Assembly (NCBI GenBank): GCA_964016885.1
Contig: OZ024748.1
Coordinates: 14,818,001 to 14,882,000, forward strand
Length of the DNA: 64,000 nucleotides
Direction of reading: 5' to 3'
From: Eledone cirrhosa
Taxonomy: Eukaryota
The translations under genes were made by a program, and so were the position numbers. This document shows, in pieces, positions 53,029 to 64,000 of this stretch; position 1 is the first letter of the stretch; each line of letters starts with the position of its first letter. The notes under the pieces are model-generated. The model did not search any database. It was not told the origin of the DNA and was given only the letters and a program-made list of their open reading frames with translations.

Positions 53029-53403
53029 ACCACCAGAATTTCTTCTGAAAGTATTACTCCTCCATCATTGCCAAGCAGCATTGATGCCAGGAAGGAATGT
53101 CCACTCTGTAGTACAATTCTCCATGTTATTCATGCCACTACCACTAGAATCCCTTCCAACAGTATTACTCCCTCCATCACTGCTGAGCAGCACTGATGCC
53201 AGGAAAGAATGTCCATGTTTTAAGATCAACTCTGTAGTACAAGTCCCCTTGTTATCCCTAACACTACCACTAGAATCCCTTCCGAAAGTATTACTCCCTC
53301 CATCACTGCTGAGCAGCATTGATGCCTGATGGGAACATCCAGGTTTTAAGGCCCATTCAGCAGTACAAATTTTCTTTGTTATACATGCCACTACCACTAG
53401 AAA
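53029..53403. repeat. ~126-bp tandem repeat, 3 copies
   Basis: ACCACTAGAA at 53140, 53266, 53393; AGTATTACTCCCTCCATCACTGCTGAGCAGCA repeated. Confidence 0.88.
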
Positions 53404-53474
53404 CATGATGTTGCTGTTCACCATTCCCTTCATTTAGGAACTGTAATGTTTACTCCTGCTGTGTTTTCATTATG

Positions 53475-53845
53475 TATAGTGTAGTGAGGTATAGTGAAGC
53501 ATCTAGGGTGGTGTGGTGTAGTATATGGAGTCATGTCATGTCAGGTGGTGTGATGTGGTGTATCTAGTGTGGTGTGGTGTGGTGCAATGAAGTGTAGTGA
53601 GGTGTGGTGTAATGTGGTGGATTGTAGTGAAGAGTAGTTCAGTGTCATTTGGTGCAATGATGTGATGTGATGTGATGTAGTATAGTTTAATGTGGTGTGA
53701 TATGATGCAATGAAGTGTAGAGAAAGGTGGTGTAATGTAGTGGGGTGCAGTGAAGTGTAGTGTGGTGTGGTGTGGTGTCATGTGGCATAGTATGGTATGG
53801 TATGCTGTGGTGTAAATGATGTGGTGTGGTGCAATGAGTTGCAGT
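53475..53845. repeat. Degenerate (GTGTG/GTGTA/GTGAT)n pentanucleotide tract
   Basis: Direct inspection. Confidence 0.85.
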
Positions 53846-54102
53846 AAAATATATTTTGATGTGAGGGAGGTGGGAAAGAATGCGGATACATCTGGAATTA
53901 TTTAACTGACATTCTATACTGCACTATCTTAAAGAATTACCAAACTTTAGATATATGTAATTACTGAGGTATCTTCAAATATTCACCAGTGATGACTCCG
54001 CCTAAGAAAATATAATCAGTTTATGGCAGTTAGCACTGTGCAGCACCAGTACCACCACTGGAGTCCATTTCAAACTTACAGATGTAGCTGATAATAGACA
54101 GA

Positions 54103-54492
54103 TTAACCATTTTGATCTCAAACCAGCTGAAACCACACCTGCTTCTACAATACAAAATTGTTTGCTTTAAAGTGTTTATATTTATCTAAATACCTTCTAT
54201 TATAATTTCATGCTCCAAATACCAACTCAATAATGAGAAAGTTATATTACTAAGTCCCTCCAAATTCTTGACTATTTTCGAAATTAATTGAAACAAATGG
54301 GCAGAGTCTTTCATTAGAAAGTATGATAACAAGATGGTGTTTATATTTATCTAAAATCCTTCCATCATAATACCAGCTCAATAATGAGAATGTTATATTA
54401 TTACATTCCTTAAAAATTCTCGATGATTTTCATAAATAACTGAAAAAATTGGGTAGTGTCTTTGTTTAGAAATATGATAACAAAATGGTTAA
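54103..54492. mobile_element. TTAA-flanked MITE with internal tandem duplication
   Basis: TIRs TTAACCATTTTGAT / AACAAAATGGTTAA; ~54171-54337 duplicated at ~54338-54490. Confidence 0.75.
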
Positions 54493-54817
54493 AATGTTTG
54501 CATAATAATTTCAAGCAAGAATCTTTATTAAGTCATGTACCAAACACCAGATGAATAATCCTTGCTGCATTTCAAACAAGGCCAGCTATTTGAAAGGGAA
54601 TGGGAAAGACATTACTGATGCTTTATTTTTTTTTACCCATAAGGATGAAAAGCAAAGCTAACTTTAGCAAGATTTAAACTCAGAACATAAAGGGCCATAA
54701 CTAAATACCAGAAAGCATATTGTCCGATGTTCTACCACCAATACTGCCAATCCACCAACCAAATAAGAAGCTTTTCTTATTAAATCCCTCAAAATTTGTA
54801 TCTTCAACATTATTTGT

Positions 54818-55002
54818 CGGTGGATTGCAGTATAGGTAGAGAGTCGGACGCATGCTTTCCAACATAGTTACGTCCCTTTACGATCTGAGTTCAAATCCCG
54901 CCGAGGTTAACTTTGCCTTTCTTCCTTACGGGGTCGATAAAATAAAGTACCAGTAATGTACTGGGTAATTGCTGGCCTTGTGCCAAATGTAGAAACAATT
55001 AT
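54818..55002 (+). mobile_element. Meta-like SINE, full length (head-to-head with a minus copy at ~54575-54760)
   Basis: Same structure as 44767-44950. Confidence 0.88.
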
Positions 55003-55811
55003 TTGTAAACACAAAGCAATGTCATTTATAAGAAATCTGGTAACAATAGAGTCATGTTTCAAACATTTGAAAATCATAGACAGTGTCTTTTATTAGAAAT
55101 ATGGTAACACAATGGCTATAGGATAAATTAGTACCAATTTCGATTGGAATACATTATTCAGTTGACATTCCAAACACTGTGTCATCCTGTCCTCTGTAAG
55201 ACCAAGCTATTGTAATATGAAATATAACACATGCAATTCTGTGATAACTAATTAAATGACACAAGTGAGATTGCGGAGATTGAAAGAGGAATTTCTTGGC
55301 TATATATGTAACAATGGAGAAACCTCACTCATGCAATTTCACTGATATTTGTTGTTGTTGTAGTATGTGCATGTGCATATGTATGTATGTTTTCAATGGG
55401 GGTTTGGGTTAGATGGGTGTTCATGTTCTGAGTTTAGAGAGGTCAGATAACAAGGTCTTGCACATTTGTTCAATCTTGCCATGGCTTCTATGGTTGGACA
55501 TCCTTCGCACTACCAACCACTTGTCTAGGTGCAATTCATCATGATACCAGCACAACCACCTCTCATGTGTATGTGTGTGTGTATATATAAGTATATATAT
55601 AGATAGATAGAGAGAGAGAGAGAGTAACATTGGCTTCTCTAGTTTATATTTACCAAATTCCATTCACAGTTTATTGGTCAGGTCAACCCAAAACTAAAGT
55701 AGTAAATACTTGCCCAAGGTATCATGTAATGAGACTGAAAGCAAAACCAAGTAGTTGTAAAGTGAACACCACGACCCCACATATACATTCACATATACAT
55801 TTTATATGTAT

Positions 55812-55885
<74 letters not shown>

Positions 55886-55886
<1 letters not shown>

Positions 55887-56143
55887 GTTTGGACATGTGA
55901 TGCGCATGGAGGACGAACGAAGGGTGAAGAAGTGCCAGGAAATCCCAGTGGAGGGAAGACGCAGTAAAGGTAGACCACGAAAAACATGGGCGGAGGTGGT
56001 GGGAGCAGACCTCAGATCACTGAAACTCACGGAGGAGATGACGAGGACCGTGACGAGTGGAGAGATGCTGTGCTGAATAAGACCCGTCCAACCCTTGCAA
56101 GCAGGGAAAAGCGGACGTAAAATGATGATGATGATGATGATGA
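55886..56143 (+). mobile_element. RTE-A 3' end inserted in (TA)n
   Basis: FGHVMRMEDERRVKKCQEIPVEGRRSKGRPRKTWAEVV; tail CCCTTGCAAGCAGGGAAAAGCGGACGTAAAA(TGA)n. Confidence 0.92.
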
Positions 56144-56668
56144 TATACATATATATTTTCACATATATATTTATACACACATATATATATATTTATATAT
56201 ATACACATATACATATTTATCAATTACTTGTTTCTGTGAGCCTGCTCTGCATATTAATTACTAGTTAGTGTACAGTGAAGTTTGCTAACTTCGTTAAACT
56301 ATTTCAAATGTTTCAACATTCTGCTGACTGATTTGATGCATCTCGGTAAGAAGTTAATTAAATCTAATTTACTGATTCCTCAGACCAGCTCTAACTATTA
56401 AATATACATCAAATGATGATCACTTTAAATTTCAAGCATACACCATCATCATTATCATCAGCATCATTTGCAGGAAGAATTCTTCCTCATATCTGTAGTC
56501 CCATTAGTGTTTGCTTAGAAACTCTGCGAGTGTATATGTACATAAACACAGGCATACATATATACACACACAGACATATATATATATATATATATACATA
56601 TACATGAGAGAGGTTGTACTGGGATACATGTTACCACTAGCACCAACTGGTGACCTGACATAAAATAG

Positions 56669-56692
56669 ACATATACATACATATATACATAC

Positions 56693-56741
<49 letters not shown>

Positions 56742-57286
56742 CATATGTATATATATATACATATATGTATATATATATACATATATATATACATATATGT
56801 ATATATATATATATATACATATATGTATATATACATATATGTATATATATATACATATATATATATATGTATGTGTGTATATATATATACATATATATAT
56901 GTATATATATATATATACATATATGTATATATACATATATGTATATATATATACATATATATATATATGTATGTGTGTATATATATATACATATATATAT
57001 GTATATATATATATATATATACATATATATATGTATATGTATATGTATATATATACATATATATATGTATATATACATATATACATATGTATATATATAT
57101 ACATATATACATATGTATATATATATACATATATACATATATATATATGTATATGTATATATATATACATATATATATCTATATATATATACATATATAT
57201 GTATATATATATACATATATATGTATATATATACATACATATATACATATATATATACATATACATATACATATATACATAAATAT

Positions 57287-57317
<31 letters not shown>

Positions 57318-57546
57318 ACATATACACATATATACATATACACATATGTATATATATGTATATATATATGTACATATATATACACATACATATACATGTA
57401 TATACATATACATGTATATACATGTATATATATATACATATACATATATATATATATGTATATATGTATATATATATACATATATATATATGTATATATA
57501 CATATATATATGTATATATATACATATACATATACATATATATATG

Positions 57547-57577
<31 letters not shown>

Positions 57578-57591
57578 ATGTATATATATAT

Positions 57592-57644
<53 letters not shown>

Positions 57645-57840
57645 CATATACATATATATACATACATATACACATATATACATACATATACACATGTATA
57701 TATATATATACATATATATATATACATATATATACACACACATATATATATATATATATATACATATATATACACACACATATATATATACATATACATA
57801 TACATACATATACATACATATACATATATATATATATAGA
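56669..57840. repeat. Long compound (TA)n/(TACA)/(TGTA) microsatellite
   Basis: Direct inspection. Confidence 0.95.
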
Positions 57841-58142
57841 GAGATAGAAAGTGTGTGTTCATTTGGTGCCAAACGAAGTAGACAAATTTCCTTTGTATGA
57901 CCAACAGTCTGAGCAGTTAAGCTCTAAACACCTTGGACATATTTGACAGAACACTGATGGAATGAGAGAATGAGGGAATGGTGGAAGTGTGGAACAGGGA
58001 AAGTAGCTGTAGGTTGGTTGTGTTACGTGATCTAATTACTCCTGACGATAAAATCTAGAGCGGTTAAGAAAACTTTTCGAATAACTTTAATTCCTAATAA
58101 CCTGTAATTATTTTTCAAAAGAAAAAAAAAAACCATCTAAAA

Positions 58143-58632
58143 ATGAATTTGTTAATTCAAATGGTTATAGTATCTTTACTAGTGGACAGTTTGTTGTGAA
58201 GATTTGTGGTATTAGACTAATGACTTTAATATTGAATGTGATGCAGTTAGTTATGCTAAATTAATACTGTGCATGCATGGTTGCTAATTTATTCTTAACA
58301 TCCAGTAATGACAGAGCAGAAAATGTTTAAAGAATATTTGTTAATTCAAATGTTTATAGTATGTTTAGCAGTAGACAGATTGTTGTGAACATTTGTAGTA
58401 TTACAGTAAAGACTTTAATGTTTAAATGCATGTTGTCATAAAATTGTTTTACAACCTTTCAAAGATGCCATGCTAAAGTGCTTTGTTAATTTAAATATCT
58501 ATAGTATCTTTACTAGTGGAGAAATCACTGTGAAACTTTGTAGTATTAAACTAAAGACTTTAATATATGATGTGATGCAGCCAATTATGCTAAAAGTTAT
58601 GTTGAATATACATGTTTGCTAATTTATTACTT
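58143..58632. repeat. Degenerate tandem copies of the repeat at 27310-28243, reverse orientation
   Basis: TTTGTTAATTCAAATG..ATAGTATCTTTACTAGTGGA at ~58148, 58337, 58482; CTTAACATCC at 58294. Confidence 0.65.
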
Positions 58633-59854
58633 AATATTAAAAAGGTGCATTAAAAATATATGATGTCCACAAAAATGATAATAAATTCAAAACCAGTAGT
58701 TACACACATTATCACAAAGAACTTCCAAAGAAAAAACATTCTTATCAGCTATTCAACTACTACTACTACTACTACTAAATTCCTCCACTTCTTTGTGGAG
58801 ACATGGTCAAACCTTTGCATCTCATATGATCAAGCATTAACTCAGTTCTTCACTGAATATTTCTATTCCTCAAAGACTATTTAATGTCTTGAGAAGTCTT
58901 CTGCATTTGCGTTTTCCATTAGTGAGCTCCCATAGTAAACGTTTTGTAGCAGGTAAATTGCCTCACATGGCATGACCTGCAATTTGATGATGCCTGACAC
59001 AGATGGTATGGCTAATGGGCAGGAGATTGCCATAGAGAATTTTGTAACATGGTCAAGAGGTTCAATGTTTTTTTTTATCTTTCCTAACATTTATGTGTAG
59101 CAACCATCGAAAACTATGGTGATAGATATTTTCACTGACCATGATTCACAAGAATACAATAAGATTGATTCCACTGTAGCTTTAAATAATCTAACTTTTG
59201 TTTTTGCGGCTGTGTTTCCGCATACTTAATGAAATCACAGCTATTTAATCCATCGATTAAAATCACTGATATCTATATACATGTCTTGCTCCTCTTTGGA
59301 TGTGGTACAGGATGTAAAGAGATAAAAGCAAACTATAATCCACCACATTTTCCATCTCAAAATCACATACACACAGTTTCTCTCTCTCTCTCAACACACA
59401 TACACACTCTGATACAGACACACTGATACACAGACACACATATAAACATATCCAAAATAGGAAAGACATCAGTTGTAACACAAACACACAATGAAAATCC
59501 AATGAAATTCAACATGAACAGATTGAGATAGTTGGAGAGAGGAAATGTGAATTTGCAGACATGTGAAACCCATGTAAAATGTAAAAACCAATGTAGAGAG
59601 GGAAAATAGGAGGAAAGAGAAGACTGAAAAAACAAGAGGGAGAGAGTGAGCACATGGGGGAGAGTGGCAAATAGGGAAGAGAAAGAGAAGGAATGAGAGG
59701 AGAGAGAGAAAGATGTACACTCTTATGAATCATTAAGAAATAATTCAAACTCTTTGGATTCTGGCCCACAAGCTTTCTGCATATAGCATATATAGAAACT
59801 ATATATACATACACACACACACATATATATATATGTGTGTGCACGTATGTGTGA

Positions 59855-59906
<52 letters not shown>

Positions 59907-60076
59907 ATATATATATATATATATGAGGGGGGGGGGGGGGGGCAAAGTATAGAATTAAAAAAATACTAATAAAGAAACAAGAGGAGTGTGAATATTTTGT
60001 TTGTGTGTTTCTTTCTATAATATATATATATATATATATTTATATATACATATATATATATATATATTTATATATT

Positions 60077-60127
<51 letters not shown>

Positions 60128-60157
60128 ATATATTTATATTTTCTCCATATATATATT

Positions 60158-60194
<37 letters not shown>

Positions 60195-60507
60195 ATATTG
60201 TTAGAAAGGTGAGCTGTTGTTATGTTGTGAGAAAGAAAGATATTCTCTTGTTGAGAGCAAGAATGATTTTTATCTGGAGAAAAATCAGCTGAAAGAGTTT
60301 TCAGTTGAAAGATAGTAGAAATCACATGACAAGACAGATCACAGACACCAACTGGTCTTGTCAATCATCGGTTATCTTAGAAATGTTTCAGCAAACAACA
60401 GTGAGTAAGAAGAACTGAGGCAGATGGATGAGAAAATAGTCATAGCAGATGGCAACACACACCTCACCCTCTATCTCTATCTAAATATATATATATATAT
60501 ATATATT

Positions 60508-60824
60508 TATACACTGAGGATGAAAATCTCAGAGCTGTATGGGAGCATCCCAAAAGTCAGCTCAAAAGTGACACAGAGGAGACTGAGGTTGGCTGGACAT
60601 GCTCACCAACATCCAGAGTTGACATTGCACTCAGTGCTCCTGTGGGAGCCCCTACATGGACACACTAGAAGAGGAAGACCAAGGTTAACGTATGTTGATG
60701 CCCTAAGGACAGACACTGGTCTGTTGGAGACGCAGGACATGGCAGCGATAATGAGGGACAGAGACCGCTGGAGAGAACTCGTCCATGGATCTCGGGAATT
60801 TTACCCGCCTTAGATAGATAGATA
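60508..60824 (+). mobile_element. RTE-X-like LINE 3' end, near-identical to 50046-50350, (TAGA)n tail
   Basis: YTLRMKISELYGSIPKVSSKVTQRRLRLAGH...SREFYPP*. Confidence 0.92.
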
Positions 60825-60924
60825 TGTGTGTGTGCATGTATGTGTATGTGTGTATACCCACACATAAATACGTGGTGGTGAGGGGGGGGGGGTGTTCTCA
60901 TGGAAAAATGGACGTTAAATAATA

Positions 60925-61105
60925 ATCCATTTTTTCCTTCCTTTCTCTACTCACTTTCTAATCCATATCACATTTTTCATTCTATCTTTCGATGAAGGAC
61001 TAGTGTCCAAAATGTTAAGACTCTTTTCCAAAAACAAATCAAGCATTAAACTAACATATTTCTTCTTCTATTGTCTCATTGTTTTTAATTCCTGTTCACC
61101 TTTTG
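60925..61105 (+). mobile_element. Penelope-like terminus with decayed minimal hammerhead
   Basis: 60985-61020: TCTT-TCGATGA-AGGACTAGTGTCC-AAAA-TGT-T-AAGA. Confidence 0.55.
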
Positions 61106-61118
61106 CACACACACACAC

Positions 61119-61224
<106 letters not shown>

Positions 61225-61925
61225 TGTGGCTGGGTGTTCATGGGAAAATGGACATTAGATGGAATATATACATATATGCATGCATGCCTGTTCCCATAAC
61301 TCCTGATGGAATCGTAGTGTCACTGGCACTCTATTATTAAACAGAATTTTTAGGGCATTTTTAAACCCAGTAGAGCCCAATCCTCTCCCGGTCTCTCTCT
61401 CTCTTTCTCTCTGTATATATATATATATATATATATAAATTATTGATTATTTTCAAAAGTATTTGAAAATAGTCAGTCGTGTTTTTCATTTGAAATATGG
61501 AAATGAAAAAAATGAAACACTTTATTGTGTAACCATTTTAGACTATGTACACCATATCACTGAATGCTGTACAAGATCACTAAAAGGTTGGCACCAAAGA
61601 TGGCCTCTATCAATAAAAAAGACTCCATTATAAGCATAAAGACCATCGTGAGATTTACAAGGATAACACTTATTTCAGCAGGGAAAATGGCCCTAAAACA
61701 GTTATTTATAATTATTTTCTTTCATTTCATTTTCATTATACTTGTGATTAACTTAAGGATATTTTTAGATTCCTCTTTTGTCTTATTGGGGATATGGCAA
61801 CCTATCTAGTGTTAGTGCTGCAATAAAAGATAGCCATTACACTCTGCTGTTTGGTTGGTGAGAAGGGCATCAAGCTGTAGAAACTATGCCACAATGTACA
61901 AGTGAAGCATACACACACACACAAA

Positions 61926-61967
<42 letters not shown>

Positions 61968-62069
61968 GATACATCACATACATAAATACATATATATCTA
62001 CATTATATATATATATATGTGTGTCTTATGGTAGCTAAGATGCTTCCATAGGCGGTATGCCGGTTGAGC

Positions 62070-62109
<40 letters not shown>

Positions 62110-62111
<2 letters not shown>

Positions 62112-62400
62112 TGGCTGCCAACTCGTTTTCAAGTACGGCCACTACTTTATATCCATGTAGGAGAACCCCTACCGATACGCTGAACGAGTGTGAATTTTTA
62201 GTCCAGCCAGCGACTTGAAAACTCTGGTACAAACACTACACTTGTGACAATTATTGACACACAGTGCTGGGCCCATGGTACCATGTGAGGACAATTGCAG
62301 AGAGATCTCCAGATATAAAGCAATGCCTGTGCCGTGAAGCTTTTATAGTGAGCAAAGGCACTGCACAAAGCCAGTCCCACTCTCTTAACCAAGATGATAT
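62110..62400 (+). mobile_element. Possible highly decayed RLE-type LINE relic
   Basis: MVPCEDNCREISRYK resembles the TVPWEDN..E..RK motif of restriction-like endonucleases; weak. Confidence 0.3.
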
Positions 62401-62482
62401 TTAACAAAAAGTAAAACAAGTCAACATAAACACATACGTACATATTTATATATATATATATACATACATAAACACATACGTG

Positions 62483-62528
<46 letters not shown>

Positions 62529-62605
62529 CATACATACATAAACACATACGTACACACACATATATATATATATACATACATACATACATAAACACATACG
62601 TACAA

Positions 62606-62642
<37 letters not shown>

Positions 62643-63195
62643 TATATATATTGAGACACATATATAGTGTAATAGATATTTTTTTCCTCTATTCACTAAT
62701 ATAAAAATAATTCAAATATCCTCTTTGAAAGTACTTTAGTCTTGTAACACCAACACACATTCACCACTTCCACCCACCCACCCTCTCTCTCTCTCTCTCT
62801 CAATATACATAAACATGATATTGTGTTATATTATATATTTTTATATATGTATATTTGTATATCTATTTTATATTGTTAGGTATATTTCCACATAACTATT
62901 CTTTGCCCAGCAAGCATCATGAAATGGAATATGGTTTTCAAAAATCTTTCATGACTCTTGAAAGCGGATATATATGTACTAGATAATACAAATATATGTG
63001 TATGTTAGTGTGTGTATGTGTACAAGATAATACAGATAAGTGTTAATGTGCGTGTGTATGTGTACAATACAAATATATGTGTGTGTGTATGATAACGTAG
63101 AAAACAAATGTGTGTGCGCATGTGTATGTATGAGAATATACAAAAAATGTAACAAGACCAGAATACATAAGTGTACTTAAATAAAAAAAAAATTA

Positions 63196-64000
<805 letters not shown>

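Overview
AT-rich eukaryotic genomic DNA. The repeat inventory (CORE- and Meta-type tRNA SINEs, RTE LINEs with (GAT)n tails, TTAA MITEs, huge (TA)n/(TACA)n tracts) points to a coleoid cephalopod, most likely an octopus; this is inferred from recalled repeat families, not from a search. There is no intact long gene. Nearly all listed ORFs are microsatellite artefacts or 5'-truncated LINE fragments (RTE, RTE-X-like, Rex3/Expander-like, R4/Dong-like, Tx1-like). One well-formed minus-strand exon (20904-21037, IDDGASEGNSDISIMSELPLQ*) suggests the window is mostly intron and 3' UTR of a large unidentified gene. Two satellites show higher-order structure (71->142 bp; ~77->154->308 bp). The most notable signal is a set of Penelope-like terminal fragments carrying hammerhead-ribozyme motifs. 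One is a complete type I hammerhead with a palindromic stem III (50651-50721, minus strand, sense to the putative host transcript). Around ten others are decayed or truncated relatives from several families, and several form long fold-back hairpins whose turn lies at or beside the ribozyme core.
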